64,000 nucleotides of DNA from the NCBI GenBank assembly GCA_030265395.1, contig JARFYF010000046.1, positions 19,331,393 to 19,395,392 on the forward strand, read 5' to 3'. The first letter of the stretch is position 1. Every line of letters starts with the position of its first letter. Source of the stretch: Rhina ancylostomus (Eukaryota). Below the pieces are notes generated by a model, which was not told where the DNA came from, searched no databases, and saw only the letters and a list, made by a program, of their open reading frames with translations. This document shows, piece after piece, positions 36,455-48,089 of this stretch. Both the position numbers and the translations under genes were made by a program.

Positions 36455-39400
36455 ATATCCTACTGGTTAAGGGAAATGCTTTTTGCAAAATCAAACGGGG
36501 CGCCTGAGGAGCGATTGGCTCGTGTTGGAGAAGCCGCGCAAAGCAGACGGTGCAGAGCGGCCGTTTAACGGCGTTCTCCCGCCGCCTCCCGCGCCGCTCT
36601 CAAGCTTTTGCCATCTGCCTGTTTGGTGGTCGTTACCAGGTTTTAAAAATATAGATGATGGTTTCGTTTCATAGTTCGGCTTCACCCGATAGGCCCAGGA
36701 CGCAGGCCTGCTCATTCGCCTGGTTTGTGCAGCTTTACTTTCGTTTCCTCGGGAATCTGACTGTAGCAATTCCGTGGAAGGTAGTTTTTGTTTTGTTTGT
36801 CGTCGCTCCCCACGGAGTGGTCGTTGTAATAGTTTTAGTCTGAAGCAAGCAATCCATTTTTGGAGTTAAGTTGTACATCTGTGACAATGGGTGCGTCCAC
36901 TCAGAATAGTTGTAAGTTCCATGACGTTTCTTGAAGCAGTAAAACTTAATTTTAATACTCCGTATTTAAACTGCAGAATTTATACACTTGTTCTCTGAAA
37001 AAGCTTTTGATATACCTGCCTGTGGCTAATCCATAGAATGTATGTCTCAGAATCCTGGCTGTCTGGAAATACCCCAGACTTTCCAACAAATATTGTGTAT
37101 TGTTTGTCATGGTTGTTGCAATGTGTTGTGATGTTTGCAATTGCATTGCACATGTGGTGTCGTTGCGAAGGATTAATTATGAATAATCAAAGTTTGCTTA
37201 GTATCATTAATAGAACAGAATATCCTAGGTTTTTCTAAGGAACGTACTGAAACAAAATATGAAATGCAGATAACCTAAACCTTGGTCAAATAGATTTAAA
37301 GGAATGTCTTTAAGGATGAAAGTGAGTTTGAGAGATTTACAATGGGATTTCCAAAGCATGGGATCTTGCCAGTTAAATAAATGTTGAGATTATTATAACT
37401 GTAGGATTAGAAGAATACTGATATCTCAAACGGTGGCAAGGCCCAAGGAGATAACTGAGAATATGGATGAGCTAGAGAACGGTGGGGGGGGGGGGGGTGA
37501 AAAATTTAAAATTCAAGTGATACTAACTGTGAACAGTGGATGAAAAGAACTTGAGGTGAATTATGAAACAAATAGCAGAATTTAAATGACCTTGCATTTG
37601 CATAAAGTAGAAAAAAGTCTAGTGGCAACATAGGCAGAGATATAGGTTTCTCTAGCAGCTGAGCCAAGCCCGGTGTGGAGTTTGATGTTAAAGTAGATGC
37701 AGGTAGGCAGTCTTTGTGGTAACGTGAATGTGATTTGGAGATCATTTCTGGGTCAGATATGACATCAGGGTTGTGAACATAATGAACCTGTTTTAGATAA
37801 CTGCCAGACAACATTAGGGGTCAAAGGTGATGGTTTTGCTTCTCTAAATTTATTCTCATGTTATTTAGATTCTTTATCCAATGTTGCATGGCAAGTCATC
37901 AGTCTGACAGTTTTGAGAGATTGGAGGGGTTTGAAGTCAAATTTTTCACAACCAACATGTTTTTCTCAAGTGCTGACAAGAGTCTGCAGGTGCTGGAATC
38001 TGGAGCAACACAAACTGCTGGAGAACTCAGCAGGTTAAGCAACATCTATAGAGGGAAATGGACAATTGTCATTTCAGGTCAAGACCCTTCACTCAGTCCA
38101 GATTCTGCTGTCTGGACTGTCCATTTTCCTCCATAGATGTTGCTTGACCTGCTGAGTTCCTCTAGTGTTTTGTGTTTCTTTCAAATGATATTTCAAAATA
38201 ACAAAGGTAACAACTACTAGAGCCAAGCATAGATTTTTGAGGGATGTTGGACATGCAACTTCTCATCCCATGCTTGAATTGTTAAGTGGAGTCTGAAGCC
38301 ACTGTATCCCCCAGTGTTAACTTGGTATTCTGTCTGCATTTATGGTGTATTTCTAAATCGAATGCCAAAGTAAGCCACTTCAAATGAGTACCTGGTTATA
38401 TTTTTGAAAAGCAAAAGACCATAGATCCTGCAAATCGGAAATAAAAACAGAAAATGCTGGAAATACTCGTACATGAGGCTGTGGATAGAAAAACAAAATT
38501 AATATTTCAGTACAGTGATCTATCTAAACATTGTTCTGTTGATGTATCTGTGTTCTGATTTGAGATTGACATTGCCTGATATGTAGAACATATTGCCCAG
38601 AGTCAGAATGTTGGATCCACAACAGTATCCAGTCAAGAAAATTTGGTTTTCCACACCACACTGATAGCTCTGGAGTCGCATACAGGCCAGACCTGGGTTA
38701 GGACAGCAGGTTTAGTTCTCTAAAGGATGTTAGTGAGCCAGATGTTTTTTTTGACAATTCAGTAGTTTCATGGTTAATATAAATTTTAATTCCAGATTTA
38801 ATTAATTACAAGTAAATTACTCGGCAGCCTTGTTGGGATTCAAACTTATCTCTGGATGATTTGTCCATTAGCTACAAGGCCACTAAATTATAAATGTTCA
38901 ATAGATTATTCTGTTCACAATTCAAAATGATTTGAAGTTAAATTCAGCAAGTTCAGAGTTATTTTGATTACTTGGTCTTGGGCATGAGCATGTATTTGAT
39001 GCTAAGCTGAAGGAGAATGAGATAACCTTGGGTTAACCCCTCACCATTTACTAAAATATGAAAGATTATCACAACATTGTTATGCAAAGAATGATCATAA
39101 AAGTGGCTTGTATTTTGCTTTGTTACAACAGAATTCTGTGGGAATTGTATGTTTGTACACTGACAGATAAGGATTACAGGCCTTTCCCTGGTTACGAACA
39201 TCTAACTTGTGGGCACCTCATGTATGAATGAGCTCCCATAAGTATCATTAAATTCAAATAAGAACCAGTCCTGTAAAGAATCCTGTTTATATGTAATTAC
39301 CCTGCAGTAATCAGACACCATGGTTTCTTAAGAACTGAGGCTGCTTGTTTCACTGTGGGAGGCCACTAAAGAGAGTTGCTTTGGAAATCAACAAACAATT

Positions 39401-40057
39401 GCTTCTAATGGTATTTGTGCAATGATATTCTTTTAAACAATGCAATGTGCACTGATACTTCAAGCCCATCAAAACTAGCCATTGAGTATGGGACATCCTG
39501 ATTTTGTACCTGATGGGAAGACAACAAATGTTGATGTTAATTGGCCCTCATCAGCACCATATCTTATAATACTGTGGAGGTGTGGTTACCATGTTAAATA
39601 ATTTTATGTATTTTCTGACTTTTGACCAAAATTAACTTGTGAGCAAAATTGACTAATGGATGTCAATAAAAACAACCAGTTTGTAAACCAGATTCGGCCT
39701 GTATTGTAAATACAAATGATTGGTTGCATTCTTAAGTTGTGTTTTTATGTTTTTGAATAATTCTGGGAAGGACAGTAGAATCATTATGGCATAGAGGTAG
39801 CCATTTGGTCCATCATATCTACTTTGGTTTAAATACCAGTATGGCTGTTAGTGATTCAAGTTTAAGTGGAACATACAGCAATTACATCTTGTGACGTGTG
39901 GCAATAGACAAGTTGAATAACGAACCACTAGCTGTAGGTGTATTTTAAAGTACTGACCAGCTATTCTGTGATATCCAAGTCTCCTGTGGATAGGAGAAAA
40001 TTTATGCTAGAATGCACATTGCCAATGTATTAAGTCTTTTTCCTTAAGTCAGTTAAC
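36455..40057 (+). other. ZCCHC8: U12-type AT-AC intron 1 of ZCCHC8
   Basis: 5' ATATCCTAC, branch site TTCCTTAAG at 40040-40048, terminal AC at 40056-40057. Splicing restores AENQELKRKLN. Confidence 0.92.
39177..39701. mobile_element. pogo/Tigger-like non-autonomous DNA transposon (MITE)
   Basis: TA-caggcctttccctggttacgaac ... gtttgtaaaccagattcggcctg-TA: imperfect TIRs with TA duplication. Confidence 0.6.
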
Positions 40058-40100
40058 ATCAGGAACTTAAGAGGAAGTTGAACCTGCTAACCCACCCAAG
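40058..40100 (+). CDS. ZCCHC8: ZCCHC8 exon 2: NQELKRKLNLLTHPS
   Basis: AC acceptor and ag|gtaaaa donor, 43 nt, phase 1 to 2. Confidence 0.93.
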
Positions 40101-40485
40101 GTAAAATGTATATTGAGTGAGCCTAAAATTTTGCTTGTAATGCTAGATAATGTGTGCATAATGTTTTCTGCAATTATATAATAATAATATTACATGAAAT
40201 TATTTTCAATTGTTTACAGTGCTATCTCCATAATGAATGAATTTTATTTAAATATTTGATTAGCTCTGTATTCTAAGTTTATCTTTGCCATTCAAAGATT
40301 TTAGGGATTTTTTCAATATCTTAAACTTTTTTTTTTGCTTGCTATATTTGTGCAATGTAATGTGTTACATAGAATAAATTAGTAAGTGTAGTGATTTGAC
40401 TAACACAAATGTTAACTTGCAAAGGATTATATCTTTAAGTTTTGACCGTTTTCATCAAACTTCTAACCTTTTTCATCTGTGGCAG

Positions 40486-40560
40486 TAAAATAGTTGTGAG
40501 CGACTCCAAAACAGATGGCCCAATGGTTCAGATCTTATTTATGAATAACAATATTTCAAA
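40486..40560 (+). CDS. ZCCHC8: ZCCHC8 exon 3: KIVVSDSKTDGPMVQILFMNNNISK
   Basis: ggcag acceptor and gtaagt donor, 75 nt. DGPxxQILFMNN motif. Confidence 0.95.
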
Positions 40561-40666
40561 GTAAGTTTGAATTTAAGTATCAACACTTCAAGTTTTAATT
40601 GTTTTCTATTACAACATTTCCATTTTGATACCAGCTGCTCTGATATATACTCCAATTTAATTTCAG

Positions 40667-40772
40667 GCAGTTTCATCAAGAAATTGAAGACTTCATCACT
40701 GGCTTGGTGGAAAAGTATGAAAAAGAAATTCAAAGTGACCCTGAAAGGACATCATTTAATGTGAAACCCCAG
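40667..40772 (+). CDS. ZCCHC8: ZCCHC8 exon 4: QFHQEIEDFITGLVEKYEKEIQSDPERTSFNVKPQ
   Basis: tttcag acceptor and gtaaat donor, 106 nt, phase 2 to 0. Confidence 0.95.
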
Positions 40773-40859
40773 GTAAATGGACTGAAATAATTTGAGATAG
40801 TACACATTTTCTTTTTTCTTTGTTCTGAAAAGTGTATAAAAGAATACATTTCTTTACAG

Positions 40860-40937
40860 CCATCAAGTGTGCTGCTAGAAGAACAACTGAAGGTGAAAAG
40901 TTTAAATACAGGAAAGAAAATAAAAGAGGCATTTCAT
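40860..40937 (+). CDS. ZCCHC8: ZCCHC8 exon 5: PSSVLLEEQLKVKSLNTGKKIKEAFH
   Basis: tttacag acceptor and gtgagt donor, 78 nt, phase 0 to 0. Confidence 0.93.
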
Positions 40938-41458
40938 GTGAGTGACATATCCAAATATTATCTGCTTTAAGGTTTGCTTTATTCAAAACTGAAGTCATGC
41001 TCTTTGAATCATTTATATTGGCAAACTCAAGTTTGATCCTTAGTCTGTATTGAATTGCCTGATCTTGTCTAAGGTAGCCATAGCAGTNNNNNNNNNNNNN
41101 NNNNNNNNNNNNNNNNNNNNNNNNNNNNNNNNNNNNNNNNNNNNNNNNNNNNNNNNNNNNNNNNNNNNNNNNNNNNNNNNNNNNNNNNNNNNNNNNNNNN
41201 NNNNNNNNNNNNNNNNNNNNNNNNNNNNNNNNNNNNNNNNNNNNNNNNNNNNNNNNNNNNNNNNNNNNNNNNNNNNNNNNNNNNNNNNNNNNNNNNNNNN
41301 NNNNNNNNNNNNNNNNNNNNNNNNNNNNNNNNNNNNNNNNNNNNNNNNNNNNNNNNNNNNNNNNNNNNNNNNNNNNNNNNNNNNNNNNNNNNNNNNNNNN
41401 NNNNNNNNNNNNNNNNNNNNNNNNNNNNNNNNNNNNNNNNNNNNNNNNNNNNNNNNNN

Positions 41459-41602
41459 ATGGGAGGAAACTAGGACACCTTGAAACCAGCACAGTTACAG
41501 AAAGCCATGCAAACTCTACATTAACGACTCTGGAGGTCAGGATTGAACCTGGGTCACTGGAACTGAGGCAGCAGCTTTATTAGTTGTACCACTGTGTTAC
41601 CC
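41459..41602 (-). mobile_element. V-SINE (HE1-like) 5' portion
   Basis: gggaggaaact...gaaacc...catgcaaactc is the reverse complement of the V domain, followed by a tRNA-like head (gattgaacctgggtc). Confidence 0.65.
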
Positions 41603-42003
41603 CAATCTTGTAACTTTGTTAAATAATACAGAAAAATCTGTATATATCTTTGTGTATACATATATGTTGGTGTCTTTTTTGCAAAGGAAATTTGAGTTGT
41701 AAAATATAATGAACTATGAAAGAAGAGCAAGGTCTTTGTTAATGTTAAATCTGATTTGGATCTGCAGGTTTTCTGAATGCTGCCTTAGAATATTTGTATT
41801 AATATTGCAAATGTTACCATGCCCATTTTATTACTTTTGTTCACTAATTGAATAAAGTTATTTTTGTTATGTTAATACACAATGCATGCAAGTACAGTGA
41901 ATTCCTTGAGCAATAATATGACATTTCATTAAAAGAGAAACACTCATTAGTATTCTGCCAATTAGTATTGGGAAACTTATATAAAACCTTTGTTCTCATG
42001 CAG

Positions 42004-42107
42004 GTTGTGGGAAGTGTTCAGTACTTCACCAGCTTTTGCCTCGATAAACTTGGACAGCCATTGTTAAATGAGAATCCACAGCTGACAAATGGATGGGAAG
42101 TACCCAA
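42004..42107 (+). CDS. ZCCHC8: ZCCHC8 exon 6: VVGSVQYFTSFCLDKLGQPLLNENPQLTNGWEVPK
   Basis: tgcag acceptor and U12 donor GTATCCT, 104 nt. Strongly conserved motif. Confidence 0.96.
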
Positions 42108-42786
42108 GTATCCTAAACGTTGAATGGAAAGCTTTTACATCATTTGACTTGTTTATTGCCCATTTGAACAATATTTTCAGAATTAATTTTAAACATAACC
42201 AAGAAAGATATGGATTTTTACTGGACATATGGGATGACTCAATCATGTATTATACTTTGGAGTGAAATGTTTCTCAAATTCAGAAGTCAGTTTTGCAATG
42301 CAACTATAGCTATAATTTTAAGATGTAAATTTCAGATATTTAGCAATGTTCCTGATCTGACTAGGCGCACAAAATAGAATTTAAGTGAATTGCATATAAT
42401 TATATTGACTTTTATCTTTCAAAATTTAAAAACTATATCTGTTTNNNNNNNNNNNNNCCAAGCAGATTATTTAAGTTTCTTGTGTGTCTTGAAACATTAA
42501 TGTTCAGTAATAAAAATGTTAGTGAAGTGGAGAAATGAAATTGTGAGCAGGCAAATGGAGTAGCTATCAATCCAGATACAGAGAACTATTTTCCCACAGA
42601 AAATGACCAGATTAAGGCTGAGTTCAGCAGTTGTTTTAGTCTGCCCATGCTTTTTATGTAACAGTAATTGACTTCCTGTTGAGTTTGAAAACATCCTGAA
42701 ACAAAATCTTGCAAGTTAATAATGATCAGTAAGTTTATTTAAAGTATATTTTGTGGAAATGAGTAATTCCTGAATGAATTACAAAG
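42108..42786 (+). other. ZCCHC8: U12-type GT-AG intron 6 of ZCCHC8
   Basis: 5' GTATCCTAA, branch-like TTCCTGAAT at 42767-42775 close to the AG, no polypyrimidine tract. Confidence 0.82.
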
Positions 42787-42852
42787 ATATCAGCAAGTCT
42801 TTGCTCAAGTCGTATCCTTGGATGGACAAGAAGTGGAACTAAAAGCTAAGAG
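42787..42852 (+). CDS. ZCCHC8: ZCCHC8 exon 7: YQQVFAQVVSLDGQEVELKAKR
   Basis: aaag acceptor and gtatgt donor, 66 nt, phase 2 to 2. Confidence 0.94.
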
Positions 42853-42959
42853 GTATGTAAGTGTGAGGAGTTCATCTCACTTTTTTTTTGAAGTATAATA
42901 GATAGCAAAGGGTTTTGAAACACAATTAACACAGCAAAAACATTTTATATATTAAATAG

Positions 42960-43020
42960 GCCAAAACCTTGTTGTTTCAACTGTGGTTCAACAGAACATC
43001 AGTTAAAAGATTGTCCAAAG
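42960..43020 (+). CDS. ZCCHC8: ZCCHC8 exon 8: CCHC zinc knuckle PKPCCFNCGSTEHQLKDCPK
   Basis: C-x2-C-x4-H-x4-C motif; tag acceptor and gtaaga donor, 61 nt. Confidence 0.96.
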
Positions 43021-43234
43021 GTAAGATCGTTGTGACATTGTAATGAGATCTTGTTTAAAGCGGGTAGCAGTTACATACATCAGGGTCATGTAGAAGTCAA
43101 AAGTTTGTCTGTTGATTCTTTCAACAGTCCTTAATTTATATCGAGGTGCCACGCTTCTGTGTATCAGACTAATTTATTTTTCTAGATTAATAGTTGAGCT
43201 AAATTCCATCTGCTTAAACTGTTGTATTTGGTCA

Positions 43235-43485
43235 TCTTGACTCGGTGGTATTTAGCTTAGCTGTACTGGAAACTTGTGGGTTCAAGTCAACTCCAGAACT
43301 GGTATGCACAATGTGGACTGACAAATTAGTGAGGAGATACTCCTTATTAAAGATATTGGCTTTTGGATGATATGCTAAACTGCAGCCTATCTACCTGCTC
43401 TGGTTGACTTGAAGGACCTCAGCAACACTCAGAAGGACAGGGAATTTTTCTGAATTTTGGTTCTCCCTCAACCAACATCTGCCAA
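43235..43485 (+). mobile_element. Deu-domain SINE (SacSINE1/AmnSINE-like), degenerate
   Basis: tRNA-like gggttcaagtc followed by Deu-like ttttggatga...taaactg...ggttgacttgaagga...ccctcaaccaacatc. Confidence 0.5.
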
Positions 43486-44159
43486 TCTGTTTATTGGACT
43501 TTATGCAAATAGGATGTAGAGTGATTTGGGACATTTTGACATGAAAATATATAGCATTTTTTTCCTTTGCTGTGTTTCAGTGGGCTATCAACTTTAAAAG
43601 TAACAGAAACCTTGTTTTTTCTCTGTGGAGTCCTTCTAGTTTTCTTGACAAATGAAGTGTATGGTGTGGAACAGCAGATTACAAATTTGAACACTGGTTT
43701 CAGTAAAGGCGGCATTTGTTGGGCCACACATAGGCACCGTACTCTGAAGGCTAATTCATCAATTAGTTCACCCAAATGGAAAATGCAGTAGTTGTAAAGG
43801 GATAAGATATGATCAGTTTGGTTTGAAAATTATTTGTCATTCTCATTGATCATATTTGCACGTGAGGAATTGATTAATAGCAAGTTACCAGAGACCTGTT
43901 ATCAGCATTTGTCAGGACATGAAGGTATTGAAATAGTTTGGGAAGAATTCTAGTCAGAAGTGGTCATTTTCTCAAATTGATTGATATTCAGAGAAGGAGA
44001 AGTTAAACTGCAGCTTGTTATGAATTTTGGGATGGCAATCAACAAACGCATTAAAGTTTCCACATTGAACGTTCCAGTAGCACAGATCTTCAAACTTTTA
44101 TATTTTGTGCATAGTTGTCACATAAAGTAACTCATTCATACTTTTAATTAACTTTATAG

Positions 44160-44290
44160 CCACGTGATCTTGCTCGTATGAGTGAGAAAAGAAAGGAATT
44201 CAATGCAATGGCCAGTGATTCGCCTCATTCGGGATCTCAACAGCGGTATCATGCAGAGAGGTTTGAAAAGTTCAAGCCAGGTGTTATCAG
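44160..44290 (+). CDS. ZCCHC8: ZCCHC8 exon 9: PRDLARMSEKRKEF...QQRYHAERFEKFKPGVIS
   Basis: tttatag acceptor and gtaaaa donor, 131 nt, phase 0 to 2. Confidence 0.95.
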
Positions 44291-44625
44291 GTAAAAACAC
44301 AAATTAGTTTATAATAGGATCATGGTGCAGGAGGCCACTTGGTGAATTGTGCCTTTGTGGGCTCATTGGTTAAAGCTCTCAAATTAGTTTCATTCCCCTT
44401 CTCCAAGAAAATAAATAATTGGCTTTGTGAAATAGGGCACCTATATCCATTATTGTTTTTTTTAAACTAGCAAATCTTTGCATTCTGCTGTAATTATAGA
44501 ATTCATAAAAAGAGCAGCTCAACAAGAACATTTCAATTCTCTTGGAGTAACTTGTTGCCATGCTACAGCTACTTTTTATTTTTCATACCATTGAATAATG
44601 TTGTGTAATTTACTAATTTCTGCAG

Positions 44626-44768
44626 TGTAGAACTTAAAGAAGCTCTTGGGATGACCGAGGAAGCTCTCCCACCATTTATCTATCGGATGCGCCAGTTGGG
44701 TTATCCACCAGGGTGGCTGCTAGAGACTCAGCAAGAGAATTCTGGTCTTGCTCTGTATGATGGAAGAG
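44626..44768 (+). CDS. ZCCHC8: ZCCHC8 exon 10 (PSP domain): ELKEALGMTEEALPPFIYRMRQLGYPPGWL...SGLALYDGR
   Basis: tgcag acceptor and gtgaag donor, 143 nt. PSP hallmark LPPFIYRMRQLGYPPGW. Confidence 0.97.
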
Positions 44769-46917
44769 GTGAAGCATTCTGTGTCTGAAGTTTGTAAACA
44801 TGTTGATCTTTGAAGGGTTTGTGATGTGTTTGTAACACTTCCTGATAAATGTATTATGGCACTATTTCCTTTTCTCATTGCCATATGATAATTTTACATT
44901 TTAAGCATACAGTTATTAAATGATTTTTTAAAAATACTTTGCCCATTTTGATATCCTAAGTCATTCTGTGCAGTTGCTGAAAGGCATTACCAGAGCTTGA
45001 TTCTCCATCATGCTGTTAAATATGTTTAATATTTATTCGGTGCCAGAATGATAATCTAGCATGCTTTGTTCAAGAAATAAAATTTGAAGAGCAGTAAGGA
45101 AAACAGGTATGAAACCACCCAGTCAGAGAATTGCTTTTACTTTGTATTGATGTTCCCATTGTAATTTGCTCTTGCACAGAATTTAGCAACAGCTTGACCA
45201 TTAAATATTTTGGACAATAGTATCGTTAAATATATAATGTCATGTCTCCTTAATGAGTTGGTAAATATTTGTAGTCTGACAAATGTTTGTTGTATTTTAA
45301 AATGGCCATCAAACTTTCTGCCAACCCATTGGAATGAGTTAATAACAACAGAATCCAAGCTTAACATTTCATTTTCCTTTGATCTGCTGCTGCAGTTTTT
45401 CAAACAGCAAATATCTCCAAGCAAGTTATTTTGAAATTTCTTTCACAATTTTCCTGTAATCATGGTCCTTGACTGCCTTTATTTTGGTGCAGCTTCCTTC
45501 CAGTACTTCAAACAAAAGGCTGTTATTCATCTTTGAACTATTGACATGGTCATCACTGAGCACTAATCTGTCCATACCCAGCATGCCCACAAATGTAAAT
45601 ATCATTGAAATCAAATTTAATCAGGAGTGAAAGTCTGACTTCCCTGTTTTTTCTAACTTGGGCACAGTTTTGTTGTCACAACACAGTGAAGACTAGGATT
45701 GAACTTCGGATCATGGGTTTGCTTGACTTGGATAGTGGGTTTGACTCGGATAGTGGGTTTACTTCACAGTCTCTAGGATGGGGAGGCAGAGTGATTGTTT
45801 GAGTTTTTGAGAGAATGCTAAGCCTTGCTGACTTTTGGTGTCCTGAGAAGATGGCGTTGTGCCTTCTCCATGAAGCCAGATTTGCCAACAATTCAAAGGA
45901 GAGTGGGAAGGCAAATTGTGAATGAATGCAGCTTGCAAAAAATTCTGCTTGGTTTAGCTAGTGAGCAAAAAAAAATTGGCAAATGGAGCATAATGTGGGA
46001 TAATGGAAAAGCAGAATATGATTTAAATGGGGAGAGACTCTAGAATGNNNNNNNNNNNNNNNNNNNNNNNNNNNNNNNNNNNNNNNNNNNNNNNNNNNNN
46101 NNNNNNNNNNNNNNNNNNNNNNNNNNNNNNNNNNNNNNNNNNNNNNNNNNNNNNNNNNNNNNNNNNNNNNNNNNNNNNNNNNNNNNNNNNNNNNNNNNNN
46201 NNNNNNNNNNNNNNNNNNNNNNNNNNNNNNNNNNNNNNNNNNNNNNNNNNNNNNNNNNNNNNNNNNNNNNNNNNNNNNNNNNNNNNNNNNNNNNNNNNNN
46301 NNNNNNNNNNNNNNNNNNNNNNNNNNNNNNNNNNNNNNNNNNNNNNNNNNNNNNNNNNNNNNNNNNNNNNNNNNNNNNNNNNNNNNCCCCTCATGAAGAA
46401 ATTTAAATTAGGGTTTTTATTTATTTTCAAGAATGCGTCACCCATTTAAGACTGAGAAGAGGAATTCTGAGGTTTGGGAATCTTTAGAATTCTCTACCCT
46501 TTTAGCTGTGGAGGCCAAGTTAAGGACAGTTTTGGTCTACAGTAGATGTGAAGAGAATGTGGTACAGACAAGAAATAGAGCTGAGGCCAAAATGTGTTCA
46601 GCCTTGATTGAATACTGGGTTGGGCACAAAGGCATATGCCTTCCTCCTCCTGTTTCTTGAATCTCTTTTTTGACTGCTCTGGCTTTTTGTTGAATCCCAT
46701 GATGATGATGGAGGACTTCATGGTCTTTATGCAACAATAATGAAGAAAAATCAGTCTTTATACAAGTTGGGATGATGTGTGACTTAAGGATACATTGTGA
46801 CATGGAAAGCTAACTTTGAAAAGAAATTGAAAATGGAAGGATTTGTATTCGTTTCTTAAAGTTAAGGATGGTGGGCACAGTTTAACTCTTTTACTGTCAT
46901 CTTAATTTTATTTATAG

Positions 46918-47042
46918 ATTCAAGCGATGGTGAAATGGAGCATGACAAACAACATCCAAAAGCTTGCTTTCCATCCTATGACACAAGTAAACTAATAGAT
47001 TATGCAGGATTCAATGCTGTCATTCCAAAAGGGATTCAGGAT
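46918..47042 (+). CDS. ZCCHC8: ZCCHC8 exon 11: DSSDGEMEH...YDTSKLIDYAGFNAVIPKGIQD
   Basis: tttatag acceptor and gtaagc donor, 125 nt, phase 1 to 0. Confidence 0.93.
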
Positions 47043-48002
47043 GTAAGCATTGCACTTTGAATAGTCCAATCTATGTTCCTCCTTTCACCATGTTTAGAGC
47101 CTGTTCTGAACTATCCCAAATGTGCTGAGAAACTAGTTAACCTGGATTTAGATTTTTCCAGCAATTAGCCAACCATTTGCAGTCTAAATGATGAGTGCTG
47201 ACGGACATTTTGACTTTGGAGAATCACAATTCCATCATTGCCTTATTTTTTTCTAATGGGAATCATGGGTATCATGGAAAGCAAGTTCCTGGTCTGCAAT
47301 ATTTTTTCCTCCTTGGTTTCAATGTTAGTTGTGCTCCTAGTTGAGAGCAGCTGACCCAGTGTAGACCAGAAACTTTCTGGTCTCTGTAGCCAAAACCATC
47401 TTAAATGATCCATCATCAGCTGAGCTATTGCAGGTCTCTTGAATCAAGGTTCATGTGGGAGCACCCTTCTATACCTCTACCACTAACAGTGTTAGAATTA
47501 AGATTTTTTTTATCCTTTAATTTTTTTCAAATTCTGAATTCACTGTTTATTGCTTTTCACTATTATAAACTTTTAGACCCAGAATGATACCCAAATGATT
47601 GCTTCTGTTGGATTTGTTGTCTTTGATACTTTCAGGACAAGTCTTTTGCAAAATAAAACACATTGTGGCATGCAGTCAAATCTTTGACCACAAAAATATG
47701 AAATGCAACTTATGCTGGTTGACCGCAAGCATGAGGGCATCAGCTGTGAAAGTTCTAAACATTTAATACTGGGGACAGAAAGTTTAAAACAGTTTACAGA
47801 AGAAAGATATATAATAAAATTCAACAGTTTTGGTCACTGTCCTTTGGTTGTTTTTCCTTTAACTGTAAAACTATTTTAATTACTACTGTAATCCTCATTA
47901 CATCTGTAACAAGAATGATTCTATCTCCGATCCCTTTGCTGATTATATGAATACCAACAGGTTTTTACTGATATTTATTGCTTATTATATCTTTGTCACT
48001 AG

Positions 48003-48089
48003 GAATGGAGACAATATGGTTCAATTCCAATGCAAACTCATCATCTTAAGGAACATTTTGCACATCATTTGAATGCTAATTGTTTCACA
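48003..48089 (+). CDS. ZCCHC8: ZCCHC8 exon 12: EWRQYGSIPMQTHHLKEHFAHHLNANCFT
   Basis: ctag acceptor and gtaagt donor, 87 nt. EWRxxGSIPMQ motif. Confidence 0.94.

Noticed and set aside
35842-36507. 221-aa ORF as an N-terminally extended ZCCHC8
   Set aside because: Its frame depends on the artefactual gap. The real start is ATG 36168 once the 12-nt overlap is merged.
41040-46449. Long ORFs made mostly of X residues
   Set aside because: Artefacts of translating through N-gaps.
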